Shown in pieces: positions 16,050 to 23,810 of a stretch of DNA of 35,958 nucleotides. Each line of letters opens with the position of its first letter. Positions within the stretch are counted from its first letter, which is position 1. The stretch comes from Eubacteriales bacterium (GTDB lineage: Bacteria; Bacillota; Clostridia; Oscillospirales; CAG-272). The notes under the pieces are model-generated. The model made no database searches, was not told where the DNA came from, and was given only the letters and a program-made list of their open reading frames with translations. The stretch covers positions 1-35,958 of the forward strand of contig JAZSIJ010000010.1 of assembly GCA_045533755.1 (NCBI GenBank), given 5' to 3'. A program made the translations under genes and the position numbers.

Positions 16050-17518
16050 GGTGAAGCAAACGCTTCAATATCCGAACTGCCTTCTATTGCCTCAAGCTCG
16101 TCGCTTGTGGGAACTGTTACAGGCTCATTTTTGAAATTAAAGGTTATTACGAGCTTGTCGTCGTAAAGTAACACACATTTCACAAGACTGTCAATCAAAC
16201 GCTCCTTATTTGTCTCAATTGTTAAGTCAAGTTTACGGAATTTGTCCAAAGCAAATAAAATTTGTTCTTTTGTTAGCTTGGGAGTGCTTGTCTGCTCTTT
16301 CAAAATATTGAGCTGAATTTGCTCTTCCTCGGCTTCAAGCTCCTCGAGCTTTGCCTTGGTTGAACGAGTGATAATTCCTGCCGCAATAGCCTTCATTACG
16401 TTGTCAATGGATTTACGGACTTCCTTAAGCTGAGCCTCAAGAAGCGGTATAACCTTGTTGTCTTCGTCAAGCAATGCCACTATCTCATCGGCAATCTTAT
16501 CAAGAGCTTCGTCATCAAAAAGAACCTTGATAACCTTATTCAGCACAAGCTCCTCAATCCATTCCTTACGAACGGCTTTTTTATCGCACTCGTGCCTCTT
16601 TGCGCTAGCACATTTGTAGTAGCGGTAGATATTGCCGTTTTTCTTTTGTGCGGAATCTCCGACCATCATACTGTGGCACTTTCCGCAGAACAGCTTGGTA
16701 GTAAGCACGTACTTTTCTTCTGCCTTGTTCTTGGCTGATGCATGCTTGTTCTGTGCCATTCGCCTTTCGACTACCTTGAATGTGTCTTCTGACACTATAG
16801 CGGGTACACCGCCCGGAATTTCAATACCGTTATAGTGATACACACCCATATAAGATTTGTTACCAAGCATTCGGTTGAGCGTGCCATGATTAAAGGCTTT
16901 GCCCTTCTGCGTTTTAAGTCCTCTTGCATTTAGACTGTGCACTATTTCCGCAATAGACTCTCCGTGAGCATAACGCTCAAAGATTTCAGCCACTATGGGA
17001 GCTTTTAAAGGGTCAATTTGGAAGTGCTTCTCCTCGTCAACGGTGTAACCGTATGGAAGACCATTTCCACCGTTAAAACGACATTTTAAGGCATTCTCGG
17101 TGAGACCCCGTGTTACCTTTTCTGCAAGATCAGCGGAATAGTATTCCGCCATACCCTCAAGCACGGATTCAAGAATTATGCCCTCAGCACCTTCAGAGAT
17201 TGCTTCGGTTGCGGAAATGACACGAACGTCGTTCTTCTTCAAAGCAGCCTTATATTTTGCACTGTCGTAGCGGTTACGAGAAAATCGGTCGAGCTTCCAA
17301 ACTATGACTACGTCAAAGGTTTTCTTCGCACTGTCGCGAATCATTCGCTGAAATTCAGGACGGTTATCGGTCTTGGCAGAATATGCCCTGTCAATGTAAT
17401 GCCCGACTATCGTAATGCCATTCTTCTCGGCAAAAGCAGTGTTCTCACGAATCTGCCCCTCAATCGACTCCTCGCGCTGATTGTCCGAGGAATATCTCGC
17501 ATAAATTACACCCGTCAT
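16046..17518 (-). CDS. Large serine recombinase (resolvase, recombinase and zinc-ribbon domains)
   Basis: YARYSS catalytic motif, DRFSRN, PYGY, CGKC...YYKC...C zinc ribbon, coiled coil. Confidence 0.95.
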   Translation of the reverse strand: MTGVIYARYSSDNQREESIEGQIRENTAFAEKNGITIVGHYIDRAYSAKTDNRPEFQRMIRDSAKKTFDVVIVWKLDRFSRNRYDSAKYKAALKKNDVRVISATEAISEGAEGIILESVLEGMAEYYSADLAEKVTRGLTENALKCRFNGGNGLPYGYTVDEEKHFQIDPLKAPIVAEIFERYAHGESIAEIVHSLNARGLKTQKGKAFNHGTLNRMLGNKSYMGVYHYNGIEIPGGVPAIVSEDTFKVVERRMAQNKHASAKNKAEEKYVLTTKLFCGKCHSMMVGDSAQKKNGNIYRYYKCASAKRHECDKKAVRKEWIEELVLNKVIKVLFDDEALDKIADEIVALLDEDNKVIPLLEAQLKEVRKSIDNVMKAIAAGIITRSTKAKLEELEAEEEQIQLNILKEQTSTPKLTKEQILFALDKFRKLDLTIETNKERLIDSLVKCVLLYDDKLVITFNFKNEPVTVPTSDELEAIEGSSDIEAFASP

Positions 17519-17552
17519 TTACTCTTACCCCTTCCCTAAAATTTGTGCTTTG

Positions 17553-17581
17553 ATTGTAGCATAAACTTCTCTGATATTCAA
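17553..17581 (-). promoter_or_regulatory. Sigma-A promoter for the recombinase
   Basis: Minus strand TTGAAT, 17 bp, TGcTACAAT. Confidence 0.6.
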
Positions 17582-17746
17582 GTCTTTTTAACTACTTATT
17601 TTGCCAAAACACCTCGATTTTAGCAAGGTGTGCACGTCCAGGTACATCTCATTACGATATTGCCACTAAAACTTGAAAAATCACTATGCCTAAATCAATG
17701 AAAAAGCGCTTGAGAGTTGCAAAAAAATTACAGCACTAAACAAAGA

Positions 17747-17769
17747 AAAGCCTCGAGATCCGAGGCTTT
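17747..17769. terminator. Terminator hairpin
   Basis: AAAGCCTCG-AGATC-CGAGGCTTT with T/A tracts on both sides. Confidence 0.65.
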
Positions 17770-17773
17770 GTTT

Positions 17774-18190
17774 TTAGCTAAATATGGGTCGCAAAAAATC
17801 CACAGCATTACGCTCAACCATCAGAAATATCTTATTTGGTTTCGGTACGTTGTTGTGGGATTTTATTAAACCATCCAAACCAACGATAACGCCTGGATTG
17901 CCACGTATAACAACCACAGTTATACAATCTTTGTCACAAATCGGTTTTAACACATATTTCTTTTCTCGTGCTGGTCTCGACATGCCTCCAAAGAGGTAAA
18001 ATTGCTCCCAGATTATATCACCGCTTTCTGTGCAGTGAATATGAGTGGCTTTTGTAGCTCTTTTTCTGCTAACGTAGAGATTCGCAGCAATATCATTGAA
18101 CTTTAAATTGTACAAATCAAAATAATCCAACCTCTGTTTAGGAGCTTTTCCTATAAACTTAGATAGCTTTCTCGAATTAACAAAGCACAT
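17774..18190 (-). CDS. Hypothetical protein
   Basis: TAATG-coupled to the upstream XRE gene; ends at a terminator. Confidence 0.55.
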   Translation of the reverse strand: MCFVNSRKLSKFIGKAPKQRLDYFDLYNLKFNDIAANLYVSRKRATKATHIHCTESGDIIWEQFYLFGGMSRPAREKKYVLKPICDKDCITVVVIRGNPGVIVGLDGLIKSHNNVPKPNKIFLMVERNAVDFLRPIFS

Positions 18191-19317
18191 TATTTTACCC
18201 TCTTGTTAAAGTCGTCAATATCGCGGAGCAGCTTTTTGTAACGTTCGTCATCACGTAACGATGCAAAACATTCCATTGACATTATTTCTTCGAGATTTTG
18301 GAATCGATCGCCCAAGCGATTGCTAACGTTAGAAAGAAACGGAGAGTCTATTTTGAAGCCGGAAGCTATAAGCTCCTCTTTATCCTTGATGTCATAGTTG
18401 ATTGCTTTCTCAAGAGAGTCAAGCGCAAGCTCTGAGTTGCCAAACTCCATCGCTTTTTCCGCAAGCAGAACGTAGATATCACCGCCTTCAACGTGGTGGA
18501 AGGGCATCTTCGTCTCGCCTTCAAATATAACGTCGAGCATTCTTATCAGACGTTGATATATATCCATCGCCTTCTCAGGCTCTTCTGTCAGATCATAAGC
18601 CTTGCCGAGACTGACCGCACCGTATAGAAGGGCGTGGATCAAATTCATTATATAAAACTGCCAGCTTGTGATCTCGGTTTTGTAATCCTTCTGCCAATGT
18701 GCGTGAATGGAGTACATTTTATGGATATTGAAATCTGCCCTTGACGGAAATTTTTCAGCTTGCCTTCTTGCTTCTTCAAATTTGCCGTTAGCACAGTGGA
18801 GCATAAGCATTATCATTCTGGCGCGGAGTATGCGGTTTACATTATCATCATAGGAGAATATAGTATTTGCATGCTTTTCGCAAGACTCGTAAAGAGCCTT
18901 TGCATTCTTCTCGTCATAAATGGAATTTTGCGGATATGCGAGCGAAATTTCAAGCTCCATACAGTTTATAAGGAGTGTAAAGTTGTTGGGGTAGATCTCT
19001 AATCCCTCAAGCAGCACATTGTACTTGTCGGTCAAGCACTCGATGGTCAAAGGAAATGTGAGTTTGCTTTGCGCTCTCCTCATTATTTCCGAAATATCCT
19101 CGTTTTTCTTTATATCTCCGGTTCCGAGAATTGTGTCCGTACTAACACCAAATACATGCGCCAATGGAACGATTTGCGAAAGGTCAGGCATTCCGCTTTC
19201 GTTCTCCCATTTAGAAATAGCTTGTGCGGTAACACCAATTTTCTCTGCAAGCTCTTCTTGAGTAAGACCTCGGCTTTTACGAAGTTCTTTTATCGTTTTT
19301 CCAATTGAATGTTGCAT
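18190..19317 (-). CDS. XRE-family HTH regulator with TPR-like C-terminal domain
   Basis: IKELRKSRGLTQEELAEKIGVTAQAISKWE HTH; helical repeats; GAGGAG RBS before ATG 19317. Confidence 0.88.
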   Translation of the reverse strand: MQHSIGKTIKELRKSRGLTQEELAEKIGVTAQAISKWENESGMPDLSQIVPLAHVFGVSTDTILGTGDIKKNEDISEIMRRAQSKLTFPLTIECLTDKYNVLLEGLEIYPNNFTLLINCMELEISLAYPQNSIYDEKNAKALYESCEKHANTIFSYDDNVNRILRARMIMLMLHCANGKFEEARRQAEKFPSRADFNIHKMYSIHAHWQKDYKTEITSWQFYIMNLIHALLYGAVSLGKAYDLTEEPEKAMDIYQRLIRMLDVIFEGETKMPFHHVEGGDIYVLLAEKAMEFGNSELALDSLEKAINYDIKDKEELIASGFKIDSPFLSNVSNRLGDRFQNLEEIMSMECFASLRDDERYKKLLRDIDDFNKRVK

Positions 19318-19459
19318 ACAGCTCCTCCTCTGTTTCGTTGCAATAAGTATATCAAAAAACGGTGTGTTTTTGAAGATACTAATTCGCAACACAAACTCAA
19401 CGTTCCGTTGTATTAATTATAGCATCAATTCTTCAAAACTTCAAGAGGCTGGCTTAATA

Positions 19460-19488
19460 TTGACTATTTTTCAAGTTTGTGCTATAAT
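19460..19488 (+). promoter_or_regulatory. Sigma-A promoter
   Basis: TTGACT, 17 bp, TGcTATAAT. Confidence 0.7.
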
Positions 19489-19532
19489 TATTGTGACAAT
19501 AAGATAAGAAGTAGGGGGCGTGAGTAAGAAAG

Positions 19533-20138
19533 ATGAAAAAGATAATCATATTATTTCTAGTATTATTTTTCGGGTTTATCATTTCTCTACAACTCCAAAG
19601 TTCTAGCATCCCCAACATATTTATTATCGAGGCTATAATAGCTGTTGTCGCATATTTATTACAAGCGATTTGTCGCGTAGTTTATGTGTACGTAATTAAA
19701 AGAAAAGCACAAAAAATATACAATTGTCCTTTCAAACATAATAGTTTAATAAAATTAGTTTTCTCGGTTTTACCAAGATTTATAGCGCTACATAATAGCG
19801 ACAACTCTATAAACTTAATCATAATCTTTGTTCGTAGAAAGCATGCAAAGTATCATTTTGATTCGAAAACTCGCGTTGAAGTTTACGTTGGAAATAGAGA
19901 AACATATCGTACAGGCAAGATTCGCTATTCCGTTGGAAAAAACGTTACATGGAAACTAAACAGCGGATTTAACATTAAAAGTATTGAGAGTGCAAAAAGT
20001 ATTTTTGTATTATCAAGAAAACCTATGGATATCACTTCTTCGGATAAAAAAGCAAACAGCTACCTTGAAAACGGTGATGCCTTCCACGAGGATTGCGTAG
20101 TATACTCCAAAAAACACTTTATGGAAAAAGTGCAATAG
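19533..20138 (+). CDS. Hypothetical membrane-anchored protein
   Basis: Two N-terminal hydrophobic segments; own promoter; terminator hairpin at about 20189-20222; very AT-rich. Confidence 0.7.
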   Translation: MKKIIILFLVLFFGFIISLQLQSSSIPNIFIIEAIIAVVAYLLQAICRVVYVYVIKRKAQKIYNCPFKHNSLIKLVFSVLPRFIALHNSDNSINLIIIFVRRKHAKYHFDSKTRVEVYVGNRETYRTGKIRYSVGKNVTWKLNSGFNIKSIESAKSIFVLSRKPMDITSSDKKANSYLENGDAFHEDCVVYSKKHFMEKVQ

Positions 20139-20277
20139 AGATTAAATTCAAGCAGCATAAGCTTTCCCCTTAAACATTTAATATTTTGAAAGGTTCTGCC
20201 TAAAAACTGGCAGACCTTTTTCTTTGAAAATTATCGAGATTTAAAATATATACATATTGACTTTTTGAAGTATAAAA

Positions 20278-20696
20278 CCACGGTATAGACCTCGGAAATT
20301 GAGCAAAAAATCGAGGTGGTAGAGTAAACATACCACCCCATATTCCTAAATGTTTTTGCAAGGTCTAGACCGAGAAAACAGACTATAAATTTTACATCGA
20401 ATTCTACGAATTTTTAGCGTAAATCAGCAGATGGGTAAAACTTGAGATATCAAGCTATTGAATATCTCTTTCGAATGTGGTATAATTTTATTGTAAGAGT
20501 AACAAGCTGTGCAAAATTTGAGCCGCTTGAAACAAAGAAAAGGCGCGAAAAAATGCCTCAAAATGCGATTTCAGATTGCAAGGTCTAAACCGTGGTAATA
20601 TCCGATTTTGCCCTTTGGGAAGGGATATTCAAACACGAGTACAAAAACAAGTGTTTAATTCGAAAAATCGCGATATTTCCAAGCTCTAGACCGAGG
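20278..20696. repeat. Four dispersed copies of a 17-bp motif (consensus CAAGGTCTAGACCG(A/T)GG)
   Basis: 20359-20375, 20579-20595, 20680-20696 and an inverted copy at 20278-20294. Confidence 0.7.
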
Positions 20697-20740
20697 CTTT
20701 TTTCACCAAAAAACGCACATACGGACGAAAAGGAGAAGTT

Positions 20741-21103
20741 ATGAAAAAGAAGCTTAAAACTACGGAAATCTCCTTCAATGAAGCAGATCCCACGACCACG
20801 ATTTATACATATAATACGAATCTGAAGAAGCGGCTTTTAGAGTTTTCCGAAGAATGTCCGGATTTATGTAAGGTTATCTTGAAAGACGAGGACGGTTGCA
20901 TAGGATTTGAGATAAACAAGGATAATTTCACTTTTAGGTGCATGAAGCCGGCATCTGAAGAAAAGCGTGAAAAAGCCAGGGAGCAAATGAATAAGCTGAT
21001 TGGCAAGACAACCGAGGCGAACGCAACGATAAGTGAGCCGAAAACAGAACTAATAACCAATACAAAAAAGACGCTTTGGGAGCAAAAATACGGCAAAAAT
21101 TAG
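20741..21103 (+). CDS. Hypothetical protein typical of clostridial mobile elements
   Basis: AAGGAG RBS; T.I.FNEA....IYTYN..LKKRL pattern. Confidence 0.7.
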   Translation: MKKKLKTTEISFNEADPTTTIYTYNTNLKKRLLEFSEECPDLCKVILKDEDGCIGFEINKDNFTFRCMKPASEEKREKAREQMNKLIGKTTEANATISEPKTELITNTKKTLWEQKYGKN

Positions 21104-21316
21104 CCAAAAAGTTGGGTCGATTTTTAAGCAGCCGGCTATAAAATTGTCAATAGGTTTTTGAGAAATTTTTCTTAAGCCGAATGAATAATATGCAAATTTT
21201 AAAACATCAGTCAAGGGTAAAACGAGCGTGCTTCGCGCGCCCTTGACAGCTGCTTCAAAATTCGCTGAAAAAGCAATTAAGGGCTTAAGAAAAATTATGA
21301 AGTGCAAACTTCCAAA

Positions 21317-22498
21317 TTACTGTTCGTCAGGATTGTAATAAGGCTTGTTGTCACGAAGAACTGCAAAGATAATGTTGGTCATTTTCCTTGTAACGTGCCC
21401 AATTGCATTCATATAAGGTTTGCCCTCGGCACGTTTCTTTTGGAAGAAAGCTTTCATGTGAGAATCAAATGTAGCGGCGGCGGTAGAAGCTTGCCAAAGT
21501 GCACGTCGCAAATAAGGAGAACCACGTTTGGACATGTGGTTATGTGTTCCAACGAATTCACCAGACTGAGTTACTGTAGGATCAATCCCGGCGAAAGCGG
21601 CAAGCTTGGCTGCAGATTCAAATCTGGATATGTCTCCAATCTCACTGAATATGGTAGCACCCAGCGTTGGTCCAATGCCAGGGATAGTGGTTATGTATGT
21701 GTTAAAATGAGAAAATAGTTCTGCAATCTTGGAATCTATCTCAGCGATCTGTTGTTCTGAGAAGCGAATATGTTCCATGTGTTGCTTAATTAAAATTCCC
21801 ATTGTGTTATGTTCAAGAATAATACCGAAAGAGTTTTGAGCAAGAGCTTTTATCTCTTCAGCTTTAGCTGTTCCAAAACGCTTGCGGCTAGGTGTCTCTA
21901 TGAGCTGAGTAAGCTTTTCAGTGTCGATGTTAAGTATCTCATCCGGGGTGGATGCAGCACGTAAAAGTTCTGAGGACGTAAGACCGAATACATCCGTGAA
22001 AATTGTTTCGTATTCAGGAAATGCTTGATCTAACAAGGCAATTACTTTGTGTTTTAGGTCAGCGGTCATATCCACAATGAAGGTTCGTGCACGGCAAAGC
22101 TCTCTTAACTCGTAAACGACAGATGGAGGCATACCGCCTTCGGTATATCTGCCGAAACGAATAACCTCTGCTATTATGAACGAGTCATGCTCATCGCTCT
22201 TTACTTGGCGTATATACATTCCGCGCAGAGCGTTAGACTGTATTGGATTAAGAACGTGAACTGGATACCCCTCACGCTTTAGCGCGGAATAGAGAGCAAG
22301 CCAGTAGTGGCTGGTAGATTCCATACCGATGATGAAATCTGAAGGGGTGTTGCTAACAGATTGTAAAATCCCTTTGAGTTTAGAAAATCCGGTAGCATCA
22401 TTTTTGAAGTTGAATGCTTTCTTTACAATGGTGCCTTCACGGTCAATAATAATTGCTTCATGACTGCGCTTGGCAATGTCTACACCAACAATAAACAT
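21317..22498 (-). CDS. IS110-family transposase (DEDD RuvC-like bridge recombinase)
   Basis: GVDIAK, GMESTSHYW, KSDEHDS, IPGIG, QSG and SKRG..YLR motifs; AAGGAAGG RBS before ATG 22498. Confidence 0.95.
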   Translation of the reverse strand: MFIVGVDIAKRSHEAIIIDREGTIVKKAFNFKNDATGFSKLKGILQSVSNTPSDFIIGMESTSHYWLALYSALKREGYPVHVLNPIQSNALRGMYIRQVKSDEHDSFIIAEVIRFGRYTEGGMPPSVVYELRELCRARTFIVDMTADLKHKVIALLDQAFPEYETIFTDVFGLTSSELLRAASTPDEILNIDTEKLTQLIETPSRKRFGTAKAEEIKALAQNSFGIILEHNTMGILIKQHMEHIRFSEQQIAEIDSKIAELFSHFNTYITTIPGIGPTLGATIFSEIGDISRFESAAKLAAFAGIDPTVTQSGEFVGTHNHMSKRGSPYLRRALWQASTAAATFDSHMKAFFQKKRAEGKPYMNAIGHVTRKMTNIIFAVLRDNKPYYNPDEQ

Positions 22499-22539
22499 AA
22501 AGGTATTCCTTCCTTTCATGATTCGGACAGTATCCTCAC

Positions 22540-22860
22540 ATCCTTATGGATCACAACCTGCTGGGAAATTAGAAGAAAGCATAGAGCTTCGACATCCGGC
22601 CAATAAATGAACTCCCATAAGGCAGAGGCCTCAAACTGCTTAAAGTGAACAGATAGTCACAAGGATAATAGAAGAGCAACCTCTGTCCGTTATGGTTATT
22701 ATATCATATCCGAAAAGAGTTCGGAAGAGATATCTAAAAAATGCAGAAAGACGATCAAACTGCTTAAAGAAAAACTGTGCTTTCACGGAGAATAGAAGGT
22801 CAGATCTTTCTGCATATATATTCGGAAATTATGCAGTTGTAACAACAAATTATTTACGGT
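22540..22860 (-). ncRNA. Predicted IS110 bridge RNA region with two target-binding loops and one donor-binding loop
   Basis: Three stem-enclosed internal loops whose segments match the reconstructed target (two loops) and the donor junction (one loop). Confidence 0.75.
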
Positions 22861-23128
22861 TTATATTATAGCAGGAGAAAGGGTTGGCGTCATAATGCGC
22901 CCACCCGCTTCACATCGGACGGCAGTGCCGACCGAATTAACGAGAGTTAGAGAGATTTCACGAGATTTTGCCAGGTGACGCTGTGGGTAATACTGTAGGT
23001 CAAAAAACGCTATTTTTAAAAAACAGCGCCACAAGTAACGCTTTGACATCGAATTTTCGAGATCTTTCCAAAGAGTACACCAACGCTTTGAAAAACGCTT
23101 TGTAGGTCAACTAGGAAAGGATTAGAGA

Positions 23129-23431
23129 ATGTACTTAAAAAAGATATGGAACAGAATAGTAGAGGTTCTGTCTGACAAATCCTCGGGAATTCAACCCGAG
23201 TTCAGACAGCAGCTTGCGAACATAGCAAAACGCATCGAGGAATTACTAAAGGACAAGCACGGGGAGTGCGAAATTCCCGATGATTTGATAAAGGAAATCG
23301 CAAGGTGTCTTGCACCCGATATTGTAGCATTCTTCGAAACCGAAGAAGCAAAACGAGAGTTTGAAGAGTGGAAACTCGAACAAGAGAAAAAACTAGCTGA
23401 AAAAGCGAAAAACGAGGCGATGCCCAAGTGA
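23129..23431 (+). CDS. Hypothetical helical protein at the element end
   Basis: AAGGA RBS; terminator CGAGGCGATGC...GCATCGCCTCG-T tract overlaps the stop. Confidence 0.65.
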   Translation: MYLKKIWNRIVEVLSDKSSGIQPEFRQQLANIAKRIEELLKDKHGECEIPDDLIKEIARCLAPDIVAFFETEEAKREFEEWKLEQEKKLAEKAKNEAMPK

Positions 23432-23532
23432 GCATCGCCTCGCGCTTTTTATGTGTAATTAGAGATAAAATCGAAGTAAAAAACAAATCCGAACCACTTA
23501 TCTGTTACGAAGTAGTTCGGATATGTTTTGTT

Positions 23533-23607
23533 TGGTGACCCGTACGGGAATCGAACCCATGTTACAGCCGTGAAAGGGCCGTGTCTTAACCTCTTGACCA
23601 ACGGGCC
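23533..23607 (-). tRNA. tRNA-Glu (TTC)
   Basis: GGCCCGTTGGTCAAGAGGTTAAGACACGGCCCTTTCACGGCTGTAACATGGGTTCGATTCCCGTACGGGTCACCA cloverleaf with encoded CCA. Confidence 0.97.
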
Positions 23608-23614
23608 TTAATAA

Positions 23615-23648
23615 AGAATGTCGAAGCCGAAGTGGGCTTCGACATTCT
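23615..23648. terminator. 14-bp perfect hairpin between the two tRNAs
   Basis: AGAATGTCGAAGCC-GAAGTG-GGCTTCGACATTCT. Confidence 0.55.
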
Positions 23649-23724
23649 GGTAGCGGATGTCGGATTTGAACCAACGACCTACCGGGTATGAACCGGGCGC
23701 TCTAGCCAGCTGAGCTAATCCGCC
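23648..23724 (-). tRNA. tRNA-Met (CAT), elongator type
   Basis: GGCGGATTAGCTCAGCTGGCTAGAGCGCCCGGTTCATACCCGGTAGGTCGTTGGTTCAAATCCGACATCCGCTACCA. Confidence 0.95.
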
Positions 23725-23753
23725 AAACAAGACTTTGCAAATCTCGCTTTGCT

Positions 23754-23782
23754 ATTATACCACAACTATTTTGAATTGTCAA
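23754..23782 (-). promoter_or_regulatory. Consensus sigma-A promoter of the tRNA pair
   Basis: Minus strand TTGACA, 17 bp, TGgTATAAT. Confidence 0.85.
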
Positions 23783-23810
23783 GGGCTTTTTGAAAGATTT
23801 TGCGGCTTTT

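Larger units (their letters stand above)
21127..22874 (-). mobile_element. Complete IS110-family insertion sequence
   Basis: AGCAG direct repeat at 21127-21131 and 22870-22874; -35 at one end and -10 at the other join into a consensus promoter on circularisation. Confidence 0.9.
16049..23538 (-). mobile_element. Integrative element at the tRNA-Glu 3' end, serine-recombinase type
   Basis: TGGTGA core at 16049-16054 and 23533-23538; inverted arms ATATCCGAACT (16068-16078) and AGTTCGGATAT (23514-23524); AT-rich interior. Confidence 0.85.

Noticed and set aside
16046-17518. Serine recombinase as integrase of the capsid cluster
   Set aside because: Its att sites bound 16049-23538 only; the cluster lies outside, beyond a host helicase, and differs in base composition
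22631-22798. Mini-CRISPR or simple tandem duplication upstream of the IS110 transposase
   Set aside because: Only the loop segments repeat while the stems differ, and the repeated segment matches the insertion target, which fits bridge-RNA loops better
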